Of a DNA stretch of 51,006 bases, positions 1 through 8,718 are shown one piece after another. The notes below the pieces were generated by a model, which saw only the letters and a program-made list of their open reading frames with translations, did no database searches and was not told where the DNA came from. Position 1 is the stretch's first letter. Each line of letters opens with the position of its first letter. A program made the translations under genes and the position numbers. Location: sequence record SRR20825019_620. One strand, 5' to 3'.

Positions 1-187
1 AGCCTCAAATGAAGTCAGTTGTTGCTCAAGAAAGAGGTTGCGCAACGGTTACCCGTGTTATCTATCCTTTCCAATTACATCAAGACTTATTGGGAATCTT
101 TTTTCATTTTCCGGGTATAAGTCGATCATAAAAAAATTCCTCTTGTGTTTTTTAAAGTAATGTTCTTTCGTTTTTAGCAATTTGGTT

Positions 188-1255
188 TTATTTAGTAGAA
201 CTTCGACTGTACCATTCGTTTATGGTCTTTAAAGCGGGTTTTCCTTGAGGCGTGTAATCGTCATCCTTAACGCCACCAATTCCCCCACCATCGATGTCAA
301 GAAGGCGCCATTTCCAAAAGAAACCACCTTCCATCCAGTCTTCTTGCCAAATAGTTTCGAAAAAGGATTGATAGTAGACTTCCTGATTTCTCATATTGGG
401 TTTTACTTTGTCATAATCGCCCCATTTTCCAGAATTCGCGTGATCCATACTTCGCACGCCATACTCAGTAAATAAGATCGATTTATCCACCTTTTTAGAA
501 AACTCTCCCAAACTTTCTCCCAACTCATTCCATTTGGCCTTCAATTCTTTCAAAGTTGGCTCCTTTGACTTTGACATAGGGAAATATGCATCGATGCCTA
601 CGAAATCCAACTCGGACCAAAACGTCACCCGTTCATAATTGTCCCAATTTGCTGCGTAGGTTACTTTACCGCTATAGATTGCTCTCACTTCTTTAATCAA
701 TTTCCGCCAAAAATCAGGACGTTTAACTACCGAAATTCGGTATTCAGTTCCAATGCAAAAAAGCTCTACATTTTCCTGTGCAGCTATGTTAGCAAATTCA
801 AGAATGTACAATCTATATGATTCTTCCCAAATTTTCCATCGTTCTTCCGTTCCTGCATCAAACTTACCTGGCCATCCATCATCTACCACCCAAACGTGAG
901 GCTTAAGCATGACTTTAAAACCTGCCGATTTCGCCATGTGAATGCACTTTTTTGTCCCTTCAATGCTCTCCCCCCACCAATGTCCATCGTGATGATAGTT
1001 TACCTCAGAGCTTCCACTTGGCGTAACTGCATACGGAATCATCGAAAGCCATGATGCACCTGCGGTTTCTACTTGAATAATTTTTGTTGAATCGATCTCT
1101 CTGGATGGCATTTCTAGGTTTACACCAGCAATTTTATTCCCCGTCCAAGCAGATGACTCCACCACTTCATTTGGATCATTTTTTTGCTCATGATATCTCT
1201 CCTGACAAGAAATTAGCACTACGAACGTAATGAGAAGAATTGAACTATTTCGCAT
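188..1255 (-). CDS. Glycoside hydrolase family 113-like (beta-mannanase-like) TIM-barrel lipoprotein
   Basis: Lipobox LISC; family-type motifs GFKVMLKPHVW, IGTEY (putative acid/base), YAANWD, GIDAYFP, FTEYG (putative nucleophile), GGFFWKW. Confidence 0.8.
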   Translation of the reverse strand: MRNSSILLITFVVLISCQERYHEQKNDPNEVVESSAWTGNKIAGVNLEMPSREIDSTKIIQVETAGASWLSMIPYAVTPSGSSEVNYHHDGHWWGESIEGTKKCIHMAKSAGFKVMLKPHVWVVDDGWPGKFDAGTEERWKIWEESYRLYILEFANIAAQENVELFCIGTEYRISVVKRPDFWRKLIKEVRAIYSGKVTYAANWDNYERVTFWSELDFVGIDAYFPMSKSKEPTLKELKAKWNELGESLGEFSKKVDKSILFTEYGVRSMDHANSGKWGDYDKVKPNMRNQEVYYQSFFETIWQEDWMEGGFFWKWRLLDIDGGGIGGVKDDDYTPQGKPALKTINEWYSRSSTK

Positions 1256-1313
1256 GTTGAAAATTACAAAAAAATCGGCTGTTATCTATTGTGTGTCGCT
1301 TGATATCCCCCAC

Positions 1314-1344
1314 AAAAAAGCCCCATTCAGAATCTGAACAGGGC
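1314..1344 (-). terminator. Probable intrinsic terminator after the FKBP pair
   Basis: Minus strand GCCCTGTTCAG-ATT-CTGAATGGGGC followed by TTTTTT, about 24 nt after the stop at 1368. Confidence 0.7.
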
Positions 1345-1367
1345 CAATAATATGCTTATTTAATTTT

Positions 1368-2297
1368 CTAGAATCCTTGCGGAGCCTGTTGTGGCGCTGG
1401 AGCAATTGTTCCCGCTGCTCCAAAGTTGATCAACTCAATTTCGAAACAAAGTGGACCTTTGCTAGGACCGTATGCTTTTTCCGATGGAATGTACAATTTG
1501 TATTTCCCTCCTTTTTTCATCGCTGGGAAACCTTCAGTCCATCCAACGATTACTCCTTGTAAGCTAATTTTAAGTGGTTGTCCAGCATCTAATGAACTTT
1601 CCATTTTCTCACCGAGAGCATTCGTCAGCGTATAATGCGCTTCAACGTCACTCGTCGCTGTTGGACTTCCTCCAGTTCCTTTTTGAAGTGTCTCAAGGTA
1701 AATTCCAGTAGTTCCAATTTCTTTAGCTGCTGGATTGCTTTTTACTTTATCCCAAAAAACTTTTGCGTCTTCGTCCATTTTCTTGGTCATCTTAGCTTCT
1801 AAATCTGCGAAGAAAGTGTCCATTACTTTTTGTTGGTCGTCATTTGAAAGATTCACTGTGTCTTGGTCATACAAACCATGCTTAAATCCTTTCTTTACCA
1901 AATCAAGATTCAAACGACTTACTTCACCAAATTTTTCCATTTGAGAGTAAAGGCTATTTGCCGAAAGACGACCAATACATTTTGAACCTTCAACAATATA
2001 TGTTGTATCAAAATCCTGACCGTAAGGTCCGAAAAGACTCATCATAGTTTGTTGACAATCCGTTGGTTGATCGTTTGATAAATTAGATTCAAATCCTGCC
2101 AACAATTGCTCCTTATCCAATTTTTGGAATTTAGGATCATTACTGAGGATTGACTCAGCATTTTTCGCTCCGAAAGCATAAGATAGACGATCATTGAACT
2201 CATCAAGTTTCAATTTTTCTACCTCTTCTTCTTTTGGGGTACCATCTCCGCATGCAAATAACAACGCGAAAGGCGCAAGTAATAACAACTTTTTCAT
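1368..2297 (-). CDS. FKBP-type peptidyl-prolyl isomerase family lipoprotein (FkpA/Mip-like, divergent)
   Basis: Lipobox LFAC; N-domain motif DRLSYAFG; FKBP core VEAHY...VIVGWTEG...YIPSEKAYG; ATG overlaps the upstream stop (TAATG). Confidence 0.85.
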   Translation of the reverse strand: MKKLLLLAPFALLFACGDGTPKEEEVEKLKLDEFNDRLSYAFGAKNAESILSNDPKFQKLDKEQLLAGFESNLSNDQPTDCQQTMMSLFGPYGQDFDTTYIVEGSKCIGRLSANSLYSQMEKFGEVSRLNLDLVKKGFKHGLYDQDTVNLSNDDQQKVMDTFFADLEAKMTKKMDEDAKVFWDKVKSNPAAKEIGTTGIYLETLQKGTGGSPTATSDVEAHYTLTNALGEKMESSLDAGQPLKISLQGVIVGWTEGFPAMKKGGKYKLYIPSEKAYGPSKGPLCFEIELINFGAAGTIAPAPQQAPQGF

Positions 2298-2896
2298 TAA
2301 GCTACATCTATAAGTTCTACATCAAAAATTAACGCCATATATGGCTGAATCGGTCCTCCTGGGTGTGGTGTAGCTCCGTACGCCAACTCTTGAGGAATAT
2401 ATAATCGGTACTTCGATCCTTTGTTCATTAGCTGAAGTGCTTCAGTCCATCCTGGAATCACTTGATTCACTCCGAAAGTAGCAGGTTCTCCACGCTCTAC
2501 CGAAGAATCGAATACCATTCCATCGATAAGTGTTCCGTGGTAATGCACTGTAACTTGACTTGTTGGAGTTGGCATTTCACCTTCTCCCACTGTAAGCACT
2601 TCATATTGCAATCCTGAAGCCGTAGTTTGAACACCCGCTTTCGCTTTGTTCTCACTCAAAAATGCTTCTCCTGCCTCTTTATTAACTGCAAATTGTTTTT
2701 CACCTTGAAGTCTCAAAAAATTCTGGATAATTTGGTCTGCCTCTTGTGGCGCAAACTTCATTTCTCTACCTTCAAATACATCTTTAATTGCCTCGGTAAG
2801 AATCTCCGTAGATATTTCATCGAGATTTTGTTGCTTTAAGCTTCCTGCGATACTCATTCCTACACAGTAACTTACTGCTTTTAATTCTTCATTCAT
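2297..2896 (-). CDS. fklB: FKBP-type peptidyl-prolyl cis-trans isomerase (FklB-like)
   Basis: SYCVG N-domain, TASGLQYEVL, VTVHYHGTLIDGMVFDSS, VIPGWTEAL, LIFDVEL. Start moved to ATG 2896 because the ORF-track TTG at 2914 lies inside a TATCTTTG promoter element. Confidence 0.9.
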   Translation of the reverse strand: MNEELKAVSYCVGMSIAGSLKQQNLDEISTEILTEAIKDVFEGREMKFAPQEADQIIQNFLRLQGEKQFAVNKEAGEAFLSENKAKAGVQTTASGLQYEVLTVGEGEMPTPTSQVTVHYHGTLIDGMVFDSSVERGEPATFGVNQVIPGWTEALQLMNKGSKYRLYIPQELAYGATPHPGGPIQPYMALIFDVELIDVA

Positions 2897-2911
2897 TCTA
2901 TAAATTTTGGA

Positions 2912-2919
2912 CAAAGATA
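2912..2919 (-). promoter_or_regulatory. Bacteroidota sigma-A -7 element for the FKBP pair
   Basis: TATCTTTG on the minus strand is an exact TAnnTTTG match, 15 nt before ATG 2896. Confidence 0.6.
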
Positions 2920-2949
2920 GTTTAAAATAAATACGAATATCGGCTCACA

Positions 2950-4116
2950 CTATTTCATTCTCAATGCACCTTCCAGATCGTCCCAAATATCATCCACATG
3001 TTCAAGTCCGATAGACAATCGTACCAATCCATCCGAAATACCTACTTCAAGTCGCTCCGACGGACTCAATTTTGAGTGAGTTGTAGATGCAGGATGGGTT
3101 GCTATACTTCTTACATCACCCAAGTTGGCAGTCAATGAAATCATTTTCAAGCCATTTAGAAATGCGATTCCTGCTTCTAAACCACCCGCTAATTCCAAGG
3201 TCACAATTCCTCCACCGTAGCGCATTTGTTTCTTTGCAATCTCGAACTGTGGATGCGATTCTAGAAATGGATATTTTACCCAATTCACCGTTTCATTGGT
3301 TTCCAAGCGCTTCGCAATCTCCAAGGCATTGTTAGAGTGTCGTTCTAATCTTACATCCAACGTTTCTAACGACTTGGATAAAATCCATGCATTGAAAGGG
3401 CTCAATGCTGGGCCGCTATGCCGAGCGAAAGCTTTAATTTTATCGATAATTACTTGAGAGCCAAGAATTGCTCCACCAAGTGTTCTTCCTTGTCCATCAA
3501 TGTATTTCGTAGCAGAATGAATGCTAATATCTGCTCCCCATTTTAGCGGTTGTTGACTCAATGGAGTTGCAAAACAGTTGTCAACTACCAATAAAACATT
3601 GTGTTTTTTTGTGATTCGAGCGACGGCTTCCAAGTCCACAATATCTAATCCAGGATTGCTTGGAGTTTCCAAATACACGAACTTCGTTGATTTGGTGATT
3701 GCTTTTTCAAACCCTTCCAAATCATGGATTCCGACATACGAAGTGGAAATTTTCCATTTCGGGAGCACTTCTGTGAGAAGTTTGTGCGTTGATCCAAAAA
3801 CCGATCTTGACGACACGATGTGATCTCCAGATTCCAGTAATGTGGCAAAACACGTAAAAACGGCAGCCATTCCAGTAGCAGTTGCCCAACCAGCCTCTGC
3901 ACCTTCAAGAAGCGCTAGTTTTTCGTTGAACTCCTCTACATTTGGATTCGAATACCGTGAGTACTTATGTCCCTCTTTCTCCTCCGCAAACTGCGAGCGC
4001 ATATCTTCGGCATCGTCGAAAACGTAACTACTGGTTAAGTAAACAGGGACGGAATGTTCGCTATTCTCTGAACGTTCACTTTGAGTACGAATGGCTATTG
4101 TTTCTGGTCGCAACAT
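2950..4116 (-). CDS. metZ: PLP-dependent trans-sulfuration enzyme, O-succinylhomoserine sulfhydrylase-like
   Basis: YSRYSNP, ATGMAAV, ETPSNP, VVDNCFATP, HSATKYIDGQGR (PLP lysine, MetZ-type context), ANLGD, THPASTTH. Confidence 0.8.
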   Translation of the reverse strand: MLRPETIAIRTQSERSENSEHSVPVYLTSSYVFDDAEDMRSQFAEEKEGHKYSRYSNPNVEEFNEKLALLEGAEAGWATATGMAAVFTCFATLLESGDHIVSSRSVFGSTHKLLTEVLPKWKISTSYVGIHDLEGFEKAITKSTKFVYLETPSNPGLDIVDLEAVARITKKHNVLLVVDNCFATPLSQQPLKWGADISIHSATKYIDGQGRTLGGAILGSQVIIDKIKAFARHSGPALSPFNAWILSKSLETLDVRLERHSNNALEIAKRLETNETVNWVKYPFLESHPQFEIAKKQMRYGGGIVTLELAGGLEAGIAFLNGLKMISLTANLGDVRSIATHPASTTHSKLSPSERLEVGISDGLVRLSIGLEHVDDIWDDLEGALRMK

Positions 4117-4161
4117 ACATCTATTTTATATCACAATTCGGTCTTTTCTCCGAACAATGAA

Positions 4162-5424
4162 CTAATTATTCTTAAAATCATGTCCCGCGGGACGTTCAAA
4201 CAATCTCAATTCGAATTCGGAAATAATGGCAAAAATGTGGTCGAATAAATCGGCTTGTACCACTTCATACGATTCCCATTCTTTGTTCTTTGTAAAACAG
4301 TAGATTTCCAAAGGAACACCATGTTCAGTAGATTCTTTCTGACGCACCATTAGTGTCATTTGGGTATTTATTTCAGGGTTTCGTTGTAAGTAATATTGAA
4401 CATAGTTTCTGAAAAGCCCCAAATTCGTTTGACGTCGACCGTACACTTCCTTTTTACCAACAAATCCGTGTTCTTTGTTGTATTCTTCTATTTCACGTTG
4501 TCGTTTTACTATAAATGCTTTCAACGATGGAATTTCTTGAAGTTTTTCTAGCAATTCATCCGATGCAAATTTCACAGAATCTAAATGAATAAGAACAGAT
4601 CGTTTGATTCTTCTTCCTTCCGATTCTTCCATTCCCCGCCAGTTTTTGAACGAGTCGGAAATCAACGAATAGGTTGGAATTGTCGTAATTGTTTTGTCGA
4701 AATTTCGAACTTTCACTGTTGTGAGGTTAATTTCTTCGACATCTCCATCGGCACCGTATTTTTCCATTGTAACCCAATCTCCTATTCGAATCATGTCGTA
4801 GGATGCCATTTGAATGCTTCCAACGAATCCGAGGATTGTATCCCTAAAAATCAACAAAAGAATTGCTGAAATTGCTCCAAGAGAAGTGAGAAAGAAAACG
4901 GGGGTTTTGTTCGTTATCACTGATAAAATAACAATAATCATCACCCCAGAAATAATGATTTTAAGGATTTGAGTATACGACTGAACAGGTTTATCCTTAA
5001 ATGATTCTATGCTCCACAAAATATCTCGAAGCGCGTTGAATGATCTATTTACGATCACCATGCTAGCTAAAATAATGAGAACGAGCACCAATTTATTCGT
5101 GTAAGTGAGAAATACTGGGAAGTCATAAAACGAAATCGACATCATCGATTCCATGAACATAAGTGGAACCAGTAATGCCGCTCCTTTGAACACTTTATTA
5201 TGTACTAAATGGTCGTCCCATTTGGATTTAGATCTCAGTGCAATCACATGTACTACTTGCACAATTATATATCGAGAAGAGATCCAAACAACGAAAGCAG
5301 CAACAATTAAGGCAACAGTTAGACCTAGATTCCACCAATTTTTATCCGATTCCCAAGCCCCATTATCAAACACACCTTTGTGCATGTAATAGCTATGCAT
5401 CCACTCGATCACTTTTTCTTTCAT
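4162..5424 (-). CDS. MscS-family mechanosensitive channel, YbdG-like
   Basis: Several TM helices; LGAISAILLLIFRDTILGFVGSIQ, GDWVTMEKYGADGDV, NFDKTITTIPTY, FKNWRGM..SEGRRIKRS. Confidence 0.9.
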   Translation of the reverse strand: MKEKVIEWMHSYYMHKGVFDNGAWESDKNWWNLGLTVALIVAAFVVWISSRYIIVQVVHVIALRSKSKWDDHLVHNKVFKGAALLVPLMFMESMMSISFYDFPVFLTYTNKLVLVLIILASMVIVNRSFNALRDILWSIESFKDKPVQSYTQILKIIISGVMIIVILSVITNKTPVFFLTSLGAISAILLLIFRDTILGFVGSIQMASYDMIRIGDWVTMEKYGADGDVEEINLTTVKVRNFDKTITTIPTYSLISDSFKNWRGMEESEGRRIKRSVLIHLDSVKFASDELLEKLQEIPSLKAFIVKRQREIEEYNKEHGFVGKKEVYGRRQTNLGLFRNYVQYYLQRNPEINTQMTLMVRQKESTEHGVPLEIYCFTKNKEWESYEVVQADLFDHIFAIISEFELRLFERPAGHDFKNN

Positions 5425-5445
5425 TGCAATTTTCTAGTTTCTCTG

Positions 5446-5453
5446 CAAATTTA
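5446..5453 (-). promoter_or_regulatory. sigma-A -7 element upstream of the MscS gene
   Basis: TAAATTTG on the minus strand, 21 nt before ATG 5424. Confidence 0.55.
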
Positions 5454-5746
5454 GCCTATTAACCCGAGTTTGCTCCGTATTTTCGGGTCAGAATTCAATA
5501 ACATCTGGGTTTTCGAGTCGATTTTGTGAAATTTTGGCGTGCTGAATTCGGGCGGATCAGTAGAGTCAAGAATCCATTTTAGGAAGAGGGAAAACCATTT
5601 TCGCTTGAAGTAGAGCAACTCTAAATCGACGTGAATCTATACAGGAATCAAACTCAGCAAATTAAATCACAACGAACTGCCGAAATATATCATTTCTGAC
5701 AAATCTCTTTCCAGATTTTAATCGATTTAGTACATTCGAACGCTAC

Positions 5747-6304
5747 ATGAAAAAAAGACAACTTTACCTACTCGGGATGATTACACTCATCTTGTTTCCA
5801 ATTCCCACTTTTTTTGGACTTTGGTACTTCGAAGATATTTCTTGGGAAACGATTTTTGAATTTGAAAATTTCTCAGCTGTTCCAGTAGTTTATGGTCTGC
5901 AGTTTGGGATTGTTTACGCTTTCATTGCCCTCTTGGTAATGCGTGCCCGTATTTTTGATTCAATTCCCGTGAATATTGAAACTATGGTAAAAAACATGCG
6001 TTTGACAATTGTAGATTGCCTTTTTTTATCACTTTGTGCTGGTATTGGTGAAGAGTTATTATTCCGCTCGGGAGTTCAATTTTACTTAGGTCCGATTTTT
6101 ACCTCCGTACTTTTTGTAGCCATCCACGGATACTTGAGCATCGTTAAATGGAAGCAATCGCTTTACGGATTAACTGTACTCCCATTTATTATTCTCTTGA
6201 GTTACGGCTTTGACTTTTTTGGGTTGTGGTTCGCTATCGCAGCGCACACGGCGTATGACTTCGTGCTTTTTCTCTCAATGACTTCTCATAATCCTAGTGA
6301 ATAA
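5747..6304 (+). CDS. CPBP (CAAX/Abi) family intramembrane glutamic endopeptidase
   Basis: Motifs GIGEELLFR, FVAIH, AIAAHTAYD; multiple hydrophobic segments. Confidence 0.85.
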   Translation: MKKRQLYLLGMITLILFPIPTFFGLWYFEDISWETIFEFENFSAVPVVYGLQFGIVYAFIALLVMRARIFDSIPVNIETMVKNMRLTIVDCLFLSLCAGIGEELLFRSGVQFYLGPIFTSVLFVAIHGYLSIVKWKQSLYGLTVLPFIILLSYGFDFFGLWFAIAAHTAYDFVLFLSMTSHNPSE

Positions 6305-7061
6305 TTCTCAACCGATTCGCTTGAAGCACGTATAAACAAGCTGGCAAAGCAGTTGCGTTATCAATTTGAATCAACTCCAAGTAACGCAGATCACAAAATG
6401 ATTCAGGAACATCCAACAACGCTCCTGCTCCACTTAAATAAATTTCCTTGAGCTTCGCCAATTCACCCATAGTCTCAGGTAGACTTGTTAAATTATTCCG
6501 ATTCAAACGGATAAATCCTAAGGATTCGCAACTCCCTATTTCATCTGGCAAACTTTCCAATTGATTGAATTGTACATTCAGAACGACCAAGTTTTTGAGT
6601 TTTCCAATTTCTGGCGGAAGGTGTTTTAATTGATTAACGTTTATCCAAAGCTGTTCAAGACTTTCCAATTTCCCAATTTCAGGTGGTAATTCAACCAAAT
6701 CATTGTATTGCAAAGAGAGAATCTTCAGTTTTTTCAGTTCTCCAATTTCAGGAGGAAGGGTCGTTAAGTTGTTTCTTCCTAAATACAACGACTCCAATTG
6801 TGAAAGTTCACTAATTCTGGAAGGAATTGAATCGAGATTATTTTCAAAAAGTCTGAGGGTTTTGATTGTTGTATCTGAAAAAACAGACTCCGGTAATTCC
6901 GTCAGTCCTTGTTTCGAAAGATTCAGAACCGTTCCTTCTTTATTGCCTTTAAAATCCTTTATTGCTACACATCCCGAAAGACTAAAACAGAGCGAAATAC
7001 ACAAAATAAATAGGGAATTCAAGCTGAATTTTGAACTTATTTGCGGCGCTCCTTTTGACAT
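6294..7061 (-). CDS. Leucine-rich repeat protein, probable lipoprotein
   Basis: About seven 23-aa repeats LxxLxLxxNxLxxLPxEIGxL; hydrophobic N-terminus with LSGC lipobox. Confidence 0.85.
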   Translation of the reverse strand: MSKGAPQISSKFSLNSLFILCISLCFSLSGCVAIKDFKGNKEGTVLNLSKQGLTELPESVFSDTTIKTLRLFENNLDSIPSRISELSQLESLYLGRNNLTTLPPEIGELKKLKILSLQYNDLVELPPEIGKLESLEQLWINVNQLKHLPPEIGKLKNLVVLNVQFNQLESLPDEIGSCESLGFIRLNRNNLTSLPETMGELAKLKEIYLSGAGALLDVPESFCDLRYLELIQIDNATALPACLYVLQANRLRIIH

Positions 7062-7130
7062 GTGGACAAATTACTTAAAATAAGCTTAAACCGTCGTTTT
7101 AAAATTGCGTGTTTTTTTTTCACCAAGAAG

Positions 7131-7156
7131 GCAACTTTTTGTGTTTTTTTGCATCT
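7131..7156 (+). promoter_or_regulatory. Possible ECF sigma promoter GCAAC-N16-CATCT
   Basis: Bipartite motif with 16-nt spacer about 60 nt upstream of ATG 7218; resembles the generic ECF AAC/CGT pattern. Confidence 0.4.
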
Positions 7157-7217
7157 ATATACTAAACCTCCTGAACTGAGTCGGTTTTAATTTATAGCAA
7201 AAAGAAAATATAGAACT

Positions 7218-7565
7218 ATGAACTTATTAAAATCATTCGCATTAGCAATTTTCGCTTTTTCTGCGATTACCGTATCTGCTCAAACTTCTGTTCAAGAACA
7301 AGCTGCAGCAATTAGCCAGATAATGCAAGATGAATTAAGCTTAACTCCAAACCAAGCTGAAGAGGTAGGTGAACTTAACTTGAAAGTAGCAGAAAAAATT
7401 CAAGCTGTATATGAAAATCAAACACTATCTCCAGAACGAAAAGTGGAGTTTGTAGCTGGTAACATGCAAGATAAGCGCTCTGTACTTAGCACGATTTTAA
7501 CTCCAGATCAACTTGTAAGATATGATGAGTTGATTGCGGACGGGACTTTGAATACTCAAGAATAA
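7218..7565 (+). CDS. Small secreted helical protein of unknown function
   Basis: Signal peptide ending VSA-Q; MQDELSLTPNQ...ILTPDQLVRY resembles LTxxQ-type helical periplasmic proteins; followed by a terminator. Confidence 0.75.
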   Translation: MNLLKSFALAIFAFSAITVSAQTSVQEQAAAISQIMQDELSLTPNQAEEVGELNLKVAEKIQAVYENQTLSPERKVEFVAGNMQDKRSVLSTILTPDQLVRYDELIADGTLNTQE

Positions 7566-7588
7566 TCAACGAAACGCATTAAAAAATT

Positions 7589-7622
7589 AAATCCCGCTTT
7601 CTTTCGAGAGCGGGATTTTTTT
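7589..7622. terminator. Bidirectional intrinsic terminator
   Basis: AAATCCCGCTTTC-TTTC-GAGAGCGGGATTTTTTT with an upstream A-tract, between convergent genes. Confidence 0.85.
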
Positions 7623-8151
7623 ATTTCATTAAGTCGGCGAAGACCTTTTTAAACTTTTCTACTTTCGGCCTTACCACAGACTGGCAATAAGGATTCCCTG
7701 GATTATTCTCAAAGTAATTGTGATGATAATCCTCCGCCTTGAAAAACTTCTCTAACGGAACAATTTCTGTTACAATTGGTTTATCCCAAACCTTCTCGTT
7801 CGTAAGACGTTCCATATAATCTTCAGCGATTACCTTCTGCTCTTCGTCATGGTAAAATACAACCGATCGGTATTGCGTTCCGATATCATTTCCTTGACGG
7901 TTGAGTTGTGTTGGATCGTGAACAAACCAAAAAAGCTCTAGGAGTTTATCAAAAGATACTATTTCGTCATCGTATTCTATTCGCGCAACTTCTGCGTGAC
8001 CAGTATTTCCTTCACAAACTGCCTTGTAATTCGCTCTTTCTGGATCACCACCAGAATAACCGGCATAGACCGCCAAAACTCCATTTATATCCTTAAAACA
8101 TGCTTCGATGCACCAAAAGCACCCAGCACCCAATGTTGCTTCTTTCTTCAT
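7621..8151 (-). CDS. msrA: Peptide-methionine (S)-S-oxide reductase MsrA
   Basis: GAGCFWC active site, GHAEV, HDPTQLNRQGNDIGTQYRS, AEDYHHNY. Confidence 0.97.
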   Translation of the reverse strand: MKKEATLGAGCFWCIEACFKDINGVLAVYAGYSGGDPERANYKAVCEGNTGHAEVARIEYDDEIVSFDKLLELFWFVHDPTQLNRQGNDIGTQYRSVVFYHDEEQKVIAEDYMERLTNEKVWDKPIVTEIVPLEKFFKAEDYHHNYFENNPGNPYCQSVVRPKVEKFKKVFADLMK

Positions 8152-8163
8152 GCTGCAAATAAA

Positions 8164-8667
8164 CTAATCTTTTTTAAACTTCAATGACGCAGAATTGATA
8201 CAATAGCGCAACCCTGTTGGTTTTGGACCATCCTCAAACACGTGACCCAAGTGAGCATCACAACGTGTACAGATTACCTCTGCTCTGGTCATTCCATAAC
8301 TTTGATCTATTACTTCTCCCACGTTACTTGCAACAGCAGGCTCATAATAACTTGGCCAACCAGTTCCTGAATCGAATTTAGTTTTACTTGAAAACAACAA
8401 ATTATCACAACAAACACAGTGATAATTTCCTTTCTTCTTTGAATCCCAATATTCTCCAGAAAAAGCACTTTCCGTTCCTTTTTCACGTGTTACATAAAAT
8501 TGTTCTTCTGTTAGTTGAGCTTTCCACTCGGCTTCTGTCTTCACTATTTTTGTTGAATCATCAATAGCCGTTAATTTATCCGAACTTACAGAAACTGATT
8601 CATTTACATTCGAGCTGCAAGCTAACAAGCAAACTCCAATCGCGATACTCATTAATACGAACTTCAT
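8164..8667 (-). CDS. msrB: Peptide-methionine (R)-S-oxide reductase MsrB, probable lipoprotein
   Basis: [30 protein letters not shown], two CxxC Zn pairs. Start moved to ATG 8667, giving signal peptide [17 protein letters not shown]. Confidence 0.95.
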   Translation of the reverse strand: MKFVLMSIAIGVCLLACSSNVNESVSVSSDKLTAIDDSTKIVKTEAEWKAQLTEEQFYVTREKGTESAFSGEYWDSKKKGNYHCVCCDNLLFSSKTKFDSGTGWPSYYEPAVASNVGEVIDQSYGMTRAEVICTRCDAHLGHVFEDGPKPTGLRYCINSASLKFKKD

Positions 8668-8691
8668 AATTATTTTCTTTTTATTCTGATT

Positions 8692-8718
8692 AGACGTAAA
8701 TCGAACTAATTTTGTACA
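8692..8718 (-). promoter_or_regulatory. Possible ECF sigma promoter of msrB-msrA (TGTACA-N16-CGTCT)
   Basis: Read directly on the minus strand; same geometry as the motif at 40029-40055. Confidence 0.45.
8707..8714 (+). promoter_or_regulatory. sigma-A -7 element of the MFS gene
   Basis: TAATTTTG, 4 nt before ATG 8719. Confidence 0.5.

Noticed and set aside
1-187. Open frames on the plus strand and a hairpin GTTGCTCAA/TTGCGCAAC at 21-46
   Set aside because: No recognisable protein or RNA family, and truncated by the window edge
4117-4161. SAM riboswitch expected upstream of the metZ-like gene
   Set aside because: Only 45 nt of intergenic space and no SAM-I/II features seen
6703-7083. 126-aa plus-strand ORF
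   Set aside because: Antisense shadow of the LRR gene with no domain features
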